A stretch of 32,000 nucleotides of DNA, taken from the NCBI RefSeq assembly GCF_018398935.1, contig NZ_CP074694.1, forward strand, positions 3,600,001-3,632,000. Reading direction: 5' to 3'. Both the position numbers and the translations under genes were made by a program. The notes beneath the pieces were generated by a model. That model was given only the letters and a program-made list of their open reading frames with translations, ran no database searches and was not told where the DNA came from. The stretch is from Telmatocola sphagniphila (GTDB taxonomy: Bacteria > Planctomycetota > Planctomycetia > Gemmatales > Gemmataceae). Positions 9,384-17,390 of this stretch are shown here, one piece after another. How positions within the stretch are numbered: the stretch's first letter is position 1; each line of letters begins with the position of its first letter.

Positions 9384-10040
9384 TCACTTCACCAGTTCCA
9401 AACTCGCCCACAACGACGGATCTTCCGAGAACGGGAAGTTACTATCGAGCGAGAGATTGTCGTCCCCCAATTCAAAATCGCGAATCGAATAGAACACGCC
9501 CAGCATTGGGAACTGCTCGGGATCGAACCCGGTCAAAACTTTCGAACTCAAAAACGCTTCCATTCGATAGCCGGTTTTGATTCTCCGACAACGAAAGGGC
9601 ACCTCGGCGGCCGAGGCGAGTGGTGCATCGGCCAAAGCTCGGTGAATTTTCGTCTGTAGAAAATATGCCTCATCCTTTGTGCTGCTACCCCCCGACGCAA
9701 GGAAGTGAAATTGATGGCAGGTTCGGGTCGCACGGTGTCCTGTCCGGTCTCCGCGAGTGTCGATCCAGAGAGTGATGCCATCACTTTGCCGGGGTCGATC
9801 GGCCTCGCCGATCGGATAATTCGATTTCCCTTTGACCTCGACCGTGAGTCCCAGACCCATTTCATTCCAACCCAGCCGAACATCTGCGAATTTTTTCTCG
9901 CCATCGATTTCAGCCAGCGAATCGAGCTTAGCTTTGAGCGGCAAATCGATGAGGCGATCCTCGTCTTCCAGCGGCATTTTGGCCACATAGGGACAGGCAT
10001 ACATGCTGCGGAATAGGAAGCGGTAAGGTATTAGTGACAT
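9384..10040 (-). CDS. hypothetical cytoplasmic protein, possible CBM9/DOMON-like beta-sandwich
   Basis: 218-aa ORF co-directional with proB and 51 nt downstream of it. No signal peptide. The pattern VRLGWNEMGLGLTVEVKG ... ITLWIDTRGD ... HQFHFL ... GYRMEAFL resembles CBM9-like domains, but this is a weak call made by eye. The start is ambiguous because internal Met codons follow. Confidence 0.55.
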   Translation of the reverse strand: MSLIPYRFLFRSMYACPYVAKMPLEDEDRLIDLPLKAKLDSLAEIDGEKKFADVRLGWNEMGLGLTVEVKGKSNYPIGEADRPRQSDGITLWIDTRGDRTGHRATRTCHQFHFLASGGSSTKDEAYFLQTKIHRALADAPLASAAEVPFRCRRIKTGYRMEAFLSSKVLTGFDPEQFPMLGVFYSIRDFELGDDNLSLDSNFPFSEDPSLWASLELVK

Positions 10041-10091
10041 GCCAATAGTTTAGCCGGAGGAATTGCCAGCGGCGACAGAACCTGTGTACAC

Positions 10092-11228
10092 TTATTCAAT
10101 CAATGCCAGATTGTCGCGATGGATGATCTCGACATAGGGCATTTTGCCAAGAACTCGATTGATCTGATCGGTGTTCAGACCGCGAATTTTTTCCGCATCC
10201 AAAGAAGAATAGTTAGAAAGCCCCCGGGCGATTTCCAGCCCCTGGTGGTCGAGTACTGAAACTACTTCCCCTTTACCGAAAATCCCCTGCACGGATTGAA
10301 CGCCGACGGGCAGCAGGCTCTTACCCTGTTTTAGCAGAGCGTTGCAGGCTCCTTCGTCGAGCACCAGCTGGCCCTTGGGTCGAGCCGTATAGCCCAGCCA
10401 GCGCTTCCAGGAAGGGGTCGATTCGCCGTGTGGGAGAAAGAGAGTTCCTATTTCGTCGGCGGCAAAGATTTTGTCGAGCACTTCCGGCCTAGAACCATTG
10501 GCCATAATAACCGCGCCCCCCGCGGCGGTCGCCAGTCGTGCGGCCCGTAGTTTACTTTTCATGCCGCCAGTTCCCAACGCGCTCTTGGTCACACCGGCCA
10601 TCTCCGTGATTGCCCGATCGATATGCGGGACGGTAGGCACCAGAGCCGCCGAGCGATCCGACCGGGGATCAGCGGTGTACAAGCCATCGACATTTGTGAG
10701 CAGAATCAGCAAGGGGACTTGAAGAAGATTCGCCACCATTGCGGCCAGGTGATCATTGTCACCAAAGCGAATTTCCGCCACCGAAACGGTATCATTTTCG
10801 TTGATAATCGGCAGGCAGCGATATTCAAACAGTGAGCGGATGGTGTGCCGGACGTTCAGATACCGGCCGCGATTGTCGAAGTCGCCGGCCGTCAGCAAAA
10901 TCTGTGCGGGAGCAATCTGATGGGGAGCCAGGCACTCCTGATAAGTCTGCATCAGAACGCTTTGACCGACGGCCGCACAGGCCTGGAGTTGCGGGAGTTC
11001 CGTGGGCCGTTTACCAAGATTGAGCAGCCCGATCCCGGCCCCGATTGCGCCGCTGGAAACTAGAACGACTTCCCGGCTCGACTGGCGTATTCGGGCGAGT
11101 TGATCGGCCAGTGATTGAATGCGAACGCGATCCAGGCGACCTTGATCGTCCGTCAGCACGTTGGTGCCGACCTTTACGACGACAGTCTTGGCCGATTGAA
11201 GAATCGTTTTTCGCAGTGTATCATCCAT
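10092..11228 (-). CDS. proB: glutamate 5-kinase with C-terminal PUA domain
   Basis: 378 aa with an amino-acid-kinase N-terminal region (VVKVGTNVLT, LVSSGAIGAG, NENDTV, GDND.LAA) and a PUA-like C-terminus (LVLDEGA...GEVVSV...ARGLSNYSS). Confidence 0.93.
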   Translation of the reverse strand: MDDTLRKTILQSAKTVVVKVGTNVLTDDQGRLDRVRIQSLADQLARIRQSSREVVLVSSGAIGAGIGLLNLGKRPTELPQLQACAAVGQSVLMQTYQECLAPHQIAPAQILLTAGDFDNRGRYLNVRHTIRSLFEYRCLPIINENDTVSVAEIRFGDNDHLAAMVANLLQVPLLILLTNVDGLYTADPRSDRSAALVPTVPHIDRAITEMAGVTKSALGTGGMKSKLRAARLATAAGGAVIMANGSRPEVLDKIFAADEIGTLFLPHGESTPSWKRWLGYTARPKGQLVLDEGACNALLKQGKSLLPVGVQSVQGIFGKGEVVSVLDHQGLEIARGLSNYSSLDAEKIRGLNTDQINRVLGKMPYVEIIHRDNLALIE

Positions 11229-11437
11229 GAAAAAGCCGGTCTGAGACGCTCGAACACCCTCCCGCTAAATAGATATTCTCCGCGAGCGAATAAACAATAT
11301 GCCCCGCTGCCTAAACCCTTGGACGCTTCGAAAGATACGCTAAGTGGCGACTTTAGGGAAAATTATTCATTCACGAATCGAATCGAAACCGGTGGCGTTA
11401 TTAAAGAGTAACAGTTTAGTAACGGTCTGTTAATCGT

Positions 11438-11467
11438 TTGACAGGCCCTGGCAGGTAACGATAAGAT
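11438..11467 (+). promoter_or_regulatory. candidate sigma70-type promoter for the S41 peptidase gene (TTGACA-N18-TAAGAT)
   Basis: Consensus -35 TTGACA at 11438-11443. The best -10-like hexamer is TAAGAT at 11462-11467, about 35 nt upstream of the ATG at 11501. Planctomycete promoter rules are poorly known. Confidence 0.3.
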
Positions 11468-11500
11468 AGTATCCTGTTGACCTCTCCGGGAGGACTGCGG

Positions 11501-12844
11501 ATGTTGAGTCGGTTCTTCGTCAAACCGGTGCGTTTCGCCCTACTAGCGGCCAGTTTGGGAATTTGCAGCCCCACAATCAGCTTGGCTGGGAGCGGAACGG
11601 AACTTTGTGCTCTTGCCCAGCAAGCCGAAAAAGCCGGCCGTTGGGAAGAAGCGCTGCGCTATTACAATCAAGTCTCCCGAGAGGATCGCGACACCGATTA
11701 CGTGGGAAGAATGCGTCAATGCCTTCGCCACGTGCTGCAGAACAGACGACACCAGGATCCGGCAGTGGTCGATCAGATCCTGAAAATGAGTTTTGCCAAC
11801 GGCCTGAAGCTTTTCGGCGAAGCCCTCCAAAAACTGCAAAACAACTACATCGAACCGGATAAATGCTCCCCCACCCGACTGTTCGAAGAAGGTTTAAAGG
11901 AATTCAACTCCAGCCTGGCGGACCCGATTTTTCGAAGTCGGTATCTGGCCTCTTCCACTACCGCCGATATCCGACTCTTCCAAGCCTGGCTGAAAGAATT
12001 CAGCCTTACTGAGAAGCCGAAAACGATTAGCGAAGCCCAGAAATCTCTCGAGGAAGTCGCTAACCGCGCCCGTAAGAATCTTCTTCTTTCCAAATCGAAT
12101 GCCGTCATCCTGGAATTCGTTTGCGGCGCCTGCCATTCACTGGACGAGTACACGACTTACCTGCCGCAGCAACGCATCGAAGAAGAGAAGGCCGAGAACG
12201 TGAACCCGACCATCAGCGGGGCAACGCTAATCCGCCAGGGCATCGGCTATCTGAAAATTCTGGGCTTCAAGGAAAGCACTCTTCGCGAGATGGACGAAGC
12301 CATCAACAATATGCGAATGTCGAATCAACCGCTGAGATCACTCATCATCGATCTTCGAGGAAATCCCGGAGGCAATTTCGATATTGCCGTAGCGATCGCG
12401 CAAAGATTTCTCCCGACGGGAGTGATCGCCAGTCTTCATGGCCCTACTCCCGAGGTGAATAAAGCCTTTCAAGCCACCGGAATGAACGTTATCGATCTTC
12501 CCCTGGTTTTGCTTGTCGATCAGGATACGGCCAGTTCCGCGGAAATGCTGGCGGCGGCTCTGGGAGATAATCGCCGGGCCACGGTGATCGGTAGTAACAC
12601 TTTCGGCAAGGGCAGCTTGCAGAACGTGATGAAGTTCAAAACGGGTGGCTCGAAAGATGAATATGGACGAGAAGTTCCCTCCCCGTTTGGCGGCTTAAAA
12701 ATTACTCTGGCGAAATTATCCGGTCCCTCGGGCATGGCACTGAGCGGAATCGTTCCTGAGATTCAGGAACGAAATCCTGGCCGCCAGATGGAACTGGCCA
12801 TCGACTATGCCCTGCGTAAAGCTCAGACCCAGTCGATTCCCTGA
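11501..12844 (+). CDS. S41 family (C-terminal processing / tail-specific-like) peptidase
   Basis: Motifs DLRGNPGG, DQDTASSAEMLA (Ser nucleophile region) and NTFGKGS (catalytic Lys region), plus an N-terminal signal-like segment. I chose the ATG at 11501 (GGGAGGA upstream) over the track TTG at 11477. Confidence 0.85.
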   Translation: MLSRFFVKPVRFALLAASLGICSPTISLAGSGTELCALAQQAEKAGRWEEALRYYNQVSREDRDTDYVGRMRQCLRHVLQNRRHQDPAVVDQILKMSFANGLKLFGEALQKLQNNYIEPDKCSPTRLFEEGLKEFNSSLADPIFRSRYLASSTTADIRLFQAWLKEFSLTEKPKTISEAQKSLEEVANRARKNLLLSKSNAVILEFVCGACHSLDEYTTYLPQQRIEEEKAENVNPTISGATLIRQGIGYLKILGFKESTLREMDEAINNMRMSNQPLRSLIIDLRGNPGGNFDIAVAIAQRFLPTGVIASLHGPTPEVNKAFQATGMNVIDLPLVLLVDQDTASSAEMLAAALGDNRRATVIGSNTFGKGSLQNVMKFKTGGSKDEYGREVPSPFGGLKITLAKLSGPSGMALSGIVPEIQERNPGRQMELAIDYALRKAQTQSIP

Positions 12845-12848
12845 TTCA

Positions 12849-14741
12849 CTACTTCTTTATGGTCGGCTTAAGGATTTCACCGATCAGATCGGGCTTGGAA
12901 GCTTCGCGGACCAGATGGGGAAAGAGCAGTCCCCCCGTGTAGCCGAGACTATAGCTTTTCACGAATTCGCCATTCTCGACGAGTAATTCCACTTTTTCTT
13001 TACCGCCTAAAGTCGCCGCCACCGCATCAACGAGTCTCTCATTGGTAAACTTACGCCCATTCACAGCATAAATTTTCATGTGCGGCCCGAGCCCAACTTT
13101 ATCGGCAGGAGAGTCGGCCACAACGTCAGCAATTTTGCCCTCTTCGCTAACGATCAGCCCGATCGAAGAACCGAGGTTAACCGATTTGGACTCTTCCTCC
13201 GTAGCTTTTCGAAGTTCATTTCGTTCGCTTTTATTTACCACCTTCCAACCGCCGCGCGTGATCCCGTCCAGCGGGGGTTGAGGCGCGGTAAGGCGAACCC
13301 GCTTCTCCAAAAAATCTTTCCAGTCATACTCGACCACTCCGTTAAGGGTCGAAACAATCTCCTCGAACGTATAAGGTTTTACTTCCGGCTTGCCGTTCCC
13401 ACCGCCGTGAAAGGCTTTGCAGAAATCATCCAGGCTCTTTTTCCCGCCCGATTTCTCGCGAATAAGCGTATCGGCATCGAGCCACATCAAGGCACCTTCA
13501 TCGTAAAAATCGACGCTACGACGGCGACGCGACCATTCGCCGCGCGAGGAATACAGGAAGGGGCCGGAGGTGGCAGTATCTTCCAGTGGGCGCCAGTCCC
13601 GGCCGGTCTGGTGCCGGGCCCACTCGGCCAGTTCGGCCCAGTTGTCGCGGGCAATATCCTGCGGCCATAATCCACTTCGGGCCGCGAGTACGAAGCCATA
13701 ATATTCGGTCATCCCTTCGTACATCCAGAGCAGCTTGGTTTTCATCGGCTCCTGATAATCGGGAGTGGACAGACCTTCCGGTCGTCGAAATTTCCCGTTC
13801 CAGGAGTGCACGTATTCGTGCGAAAGCACCCAGGCCGTTTCGAGTTTGCGTTGCGATTCGTCGATGTAGGCCCGTTCGGCCAGCCGGTTGTCGCTGCACT
13901 CATGATGTTCGATGGCGTTGTGCCCGAACTGGTCGGTCAGAGAGACGAGGAAGTGATACGTTTCGTAATGACTCGCCCCGAAAAGCGATCCGGCTTCTGC
14001 AACGAGTTTGGAGTAAGCGGCAATCCACTTGTCGTCGATTTCCAACCCGGCCGCACTATCGCAGGCGAGGTCGAGGAAATGCGGCGGGCCCTCCTTCGGC
14101 CCGATCGGAATTTCCTTGAAGTGAAGGCCGCAAAGCACTGGAGAATCGATCAGCTTCTCCAGCGACACGGTTTTGAACTGAATCGTCGAACCCTTTTGCG
14201 ATTCGATCGGTAATGCCGTCCCGGCTTTCCAGCCTTCCGGAAGTTTAACGCTGCCGCGGACGGAAATGTCGCGAACGTGCTGCCCTTTCTCCTTGGTGTA
14301 AAGGGTGAGCAAATACCAGTTGAAAATTGCCAGCTTCGCGGTGGAGGCAGGCCCCGAACCATATCCCCCTTTATCGCCCGGTGCCAGATATTCGATGGAG
14401 ACGTTTAGCGTGGAAACCCCTTTGGGTACCTCACAATGAAAGGAGTGCAACTCAACATCATCGCGAGTCCAGGGAATCGATTTTCCTTCAGCTGTGATTT
14501 TCAGGCCGGAAAGGTCATTCACCGGTCCCGAGGGCTGATGCTCCCCCTGAATCCACTTGGGATAGTGCAGCGTCAGGGGCCCCGGCTTCACGGGTATCAC
14601 CAGCTTAGCCTGAAATAATTTCCGCGGAGCTTGCGTGAGATCGACGTGGATCTCCATCGGGGTATCTGCAGCACGCAGCGGAACATAACAGCACAAGACA
14701 GCCAGTAACGCGTACCCGTACCGGCGAGGGAAATGGGACAT
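12849..14741 (-). CDS. secreted M61 family metallopeptidase (glycyl aminopeptidase-like) with C-terminal PDZ domain
   Basis: 630 aa with a signal peptide (YALLAVLCCYVPLRAAD), an HEYVHSWNG zinc motif with a downstream MYEGMTEYY, and a PDZ-like C-terminus (GKIADVVADSPADKVGLGPHMKIYAVNG). Confidence 0.8.
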   Translation of the reverse strand: MSHFPRRYGYALLAVLCCYVPLRAADTPMEIHVDLTQAPRKLFQAKLVIPVKPGPLTLHYPKWIQGEHQPSGPVNDLSGLKITAEGKSIPWTRDDVELHSFHCEVPKGVSTLNVSIEYLAPGDKGGYGSGPASTAKLAIFNWYLLTLYTKEKGQHVRDISVRGSVKLPEGWKAGTALPIESQKGSTIQFKTVSLEKLIDSPVLCGLHFKEIPIGPKEGPPHFLDLACDSAAGLEIDDKWIAAYSKLVAEAGSLFGASHYETYHFLVSLTDQFGHNAIEHHECSDNRLAERAYIDESQRKLETAWVLSHEYVHSWNGKFRRPEGLSTPDYQEPMKTKLLWMYEGMTEYYGFVLAARSGLWPQDIARDNWAELAEWARHQTGRDWRPLEDTATSGPFLYSSRGEWSRRRRSVDFYDEGALMWLDADTLIREKSGGKKSLDDFCKAFHGGGNGKPEVKPYTFEEIVSTLNGVVEYDWKDFLEKRVRLTAPQPPLDGITRGGWKVVNKSERNELRKATEEESKSVNLGSSIGLIVSEEGKIADVVADSPADKVGLGPHMKIYAVNGRKFTNERLVDAVAATLGGKEKVELLVENGEFVKSYSLGYTGGLLFPHLVREASKPDLIGEILKPTIKK

Positions 14742-14910
14742 TGATGCGCATCCTTAGGGTTGATCGGAGAGGTTAAGAAATTATAGTAGGGGGTTTTACG
14801 CCCCACCAGTTTTCAAAGAAGGAATGAGGAAGGAATCGAAGTTGGGGAGATCTCGGAGTTGAATCTACTAAAACATCTTTGAGTAGTGGTCGCTCCATGG
14901 AAAGATCGGG

Positions 14911-16257
14911 ATGCAGGAGAAAATCGTGCGGAAGATCCTGGGATTAATTGGAATATTGTTGTTTTCTACGGCGGTGAAGGCTCAAGATTTTGCCACTGAG
15001 AAACTGGCGAACTGGCATCATTGGCGCGGGCCTTTCACTAACGGTAATGCGGCTCCGGATGCCGATCCGCCCACCAAGTGGAATGCGGACGGCCAGAATA
15101 TCCAATGGAAATTTCCACTCACTGGCCGGGGAAGCGCCACTCCAGTTATCTGGGGCAACAAAATCTTTATTCTCAGTGCCATCAAGACCGATCGCCTCGC
15201 CGCTCCGAGTGAATTGCCCAAGGTCGCTGGTCAATTCGAGAAAAAGACCGAAGCCCCACAAAATTACTACAAGTTTCTGGTTACCTGTCTGGATCGTAAA
15301 ACCGGCCAGCCGATATGGGAAAGACTGGCCGCAGAGAAAGTCCCGCACGAAGGCCATCACGAAACTCACAGCTATGCAGCCGGGTCTCCGACAACCGATG
15401 GCCAGAGACTCTATGTCTCCTTTGGCTCGTTCGGCATCTATTGCTACGACCTGAATGGCAAATTGCTCTGGTCTCGTGACCTGGGCCGACTGAACACGAG
15501 ACTCGGCTGGGGAGAGGCAGTCTCTCCTGTAATTCATGGGGACAACTTATTGCTTAACTGGGATCAGGAATCCAACTCCGCACTCTACTGCCTCGATGCC
15601 AGGACCGGGGAAACCCGCTGGAAGACCGAGCGCGATGAAAAAACCACCTGGACCACACCGCTTATTGTGGATTTCGACGGCGGCACCCAGGTCATTCTCA
15701 ATGGCACCACCAAAATCCGCAGCCACGATTTGAAGACCGGGAAAGTACTCTGGAGTTGCGGAGGCATGACGATCAATCCCATCCCTTCGGCCCTTCGATT
15801 TAAGGATATGGCCGTGATTATGAGCGGTTACCGCGGCTCGATGGCAGTGGCCGTACCGCTCAGTGCTCAAGGGGAACAGGATCCTTCCAAGCTTTCCTGG
15901 AAATATGGGAAAGGCACGCCCTATGTGCCCTCCCCCGTATTGGTGAAGGATCGAATTTATTTCACGGAAACCAACACCGGTTTACTGACCGCACTGGATG
16001 CCCAAACCGGGAAACCCGTCTTTGAAAAATTCCGTCTCCCCTCGATCACTTCGATGTACGCCTCGCCGATTTATGCCGGGGGGAGGCTCTATTTCTGCGA
16101 TCGGGCAGGAACCACCGTTATCGTGAAGCCGGGTGATGAAGTGGAAGTTCTGGCGGTGAATAAACTGGGCGAAACGATCGATTCCTCCCCGGTGGCCGTT
16201 GGAAAATCGCTCTACCTCCGAGGCGATAAAAATCTGTTTTGCATCGAAACGAAGTGA
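14911..16257 (+). CDS. secreted PQQ-like (BamB-like) beta-propeller repeat protein
   Basis: Signal peptide (ILGLIGILLFSTAVKAQD). The NWHHWRGP start is typical of this family, and W/G-rich blade motifs repeat (LLWSRDLG, TRWKTER, VLWSCGG). Confidence 0.78.
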   Translation: MQEKIVRKILGLIGILLFSTAVKAQDFATEKLANWHHWRGPFTNGNAAPDADPPTKWNADGQNIQWKFPLTGRGSATPVIWGNKIFILSAIKTDRLAAPSELPKVAGQFEKKTEAPQNYYKFLVTCLDRKTGQPIWERLAAEKVPHEGHHETHSYAAGSPTTDGQRLYVSFGSFGIYCYDLNGKLLWSRDLGRLNTRLGWGEAVSPVIHGDNLLLNWDQESNSALYCLDARTGETRWKTERDEKTTWTTPLIVDFDGGTQVILNGTTKIRSHDLKTGKVLWSCGGMTINPIPSALRFKDMAVIMSGYRGSMAVAVPLSAQGEQDPSKLSWKYGKGTPYVPSPVLVKDRIYFTETNTGLLTALDAQTGKPVFEKFRLPSITSMYASPIYAGGRLYFCDRAGTTVIVKPGDEVEVLAVNKLGETIDSSPVAVGKSLYLRGDKNLFCIETK

Positions 16258-16258
16258 A

Positions 16259-17386
16259 TCACTCCGTCGTCGGCACAGTCAGCAAATAGATCGCGAAGGA
16301 GGCCAGCCAGTGCTCACCGGCGTAATCGCCGGAAGCCACCTGCTTTAGACCGGCGTCGGCATGTTTCGCTGCCGATTCCAGCAGGACGGTTCGCACGGGC
16401 GAATCCTGAGGTAATGCCGCGGCAATACTTCTCATGCACCAGGCCCGGCTCAAATTCAAGCCGTCCAGATGCACCAGCTGCGGATCCTTGCGATCGGTCA
16501 CGATCGCTGGTTCCATGAGCGAACGGGGCTCTTTGGCCGCCAGATTGGGTAAGGCTTTGCTCAACCAGCTGGCGAATTCGGTCGGGCTCAAAACACGCCG
16601 CATCAAATCCGCTTCCATCAAACTCGGCGAGAAAAAGTCGGAACCATCTGGCTCCCAACTCGCCGGGAGATTCGCATCTTTCAGGTAATAGGCCCGGCTG
16701 CGGTCCTCAACTACTTGACGAAGTGTCTTATCCCCGAAAGCCTTGGCATAGTCGAGCGCGAACATCAATCCGAAGGCGGTGTTGGGATGCACTCCGGTTC
16801 GAATGGGGTAGGTTTGTTTGGGTAAAAACGCGATGTATTTCTTCACGATCACATCGGCTAGCGGTTGCAAGTTCTTCAGCCAGATTTTGGCATCTGGATC
16901 CTCCCAGGCATGCAATTCCTCAACCAGTTTCAACAACCAGGCCCAACCGTAGGTCCGTTCGAAGGTTCCACGATTGGGCTGGCTGAAATAATCCGCTTCA
17001 ACTTTGAGATTTTCCGCAGTGAGATTCTGAGCAATAGCTTCCCGGATTTGCTTCGCTTCGGGCATCGTGGGGAACAAACGGAGGAGGCGAACCAGCATCC
17101 AGTGGCCATGTACGGAGGAATGCCAGTCGTAGCAACCGTAAAAGGCCGGATGCAGTTTTTTCGGGTTTACCGCGTCGCCATCCGCATTCAACACATGCCC
17201 GGGTTTGTTGGGGTATTCCTTGTGAATCCCCTTCAAGGCCAGCTTGGCGAAAGCCGAGGCTTGCTCCACACTCATGATGGACTTCTCCCGAACGGCATTT
17301 TTGTTCTGGGCGGGGAGTGGCTGTTGCCAGCCGGCAGCCAGAAACAGACTGAGACCCAGCCCGAAAGCCAAGGATGTTGAACGCAT
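16259..17386 (-). CDS. secreted DUF2891 family protein
   Basis: The core HKEYPNKPGHVLN...LHPAFYGCYDWHSSVHGHWMLVRLLR...FERTYGWAWLLKL matches my recollection of DUF2891. I chose the ATG at 17386, which gives the signal peptide MRSTSLAFGLGLSLFLAAGWQQPLPAQ. The longer track ORF (to 17569) would overlap the RND gene by about 180 nt. Confidence 0.7.
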   Translation of the reverse strand: MRSTSLAFGLGLSLFLAAGWQQPLPAQNKNAVREKSIMSVEQASAFAKLALKGIHKEYPNKPGHVLNADGDAVNPKKLHPAFYGCYDWHSSVHGHWMLVRLLRLFPTMPEAKQIREAIAQNLTAENLKVEADYFSQPNRGTFERTYGWAWLLKLVEELHAWEDPDAKIWLKNLQPLADVIVKKYIAFLPKQTYPIRTGVHPNTAFGLMFALDYAKAFGDKTLRQVVEDRSRAYYLKDANLPASWEPDGSDFFSPSLMEADLMRRVLSPTEFASWLSKALPNLAAKEPRSLMEPAIVTDRKDPQLVHLDGLNLSRAWCMRSIAAALPQDSPVRTVLLESAAKHADAGLKQVASGDYAGEHWLASFAIYLLTVPTTE

Positions 17387-17390
17387 GTGC

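Noticed and set aside
14743-14752. 10-bp perfect palindrome GATGCGCATC immediately upstream of the M61 start codon
   Set aside because: It is a single short palindrome with no partner sites or other context, and it cannot form a hairpin because it has no loop. I treat it as chance.
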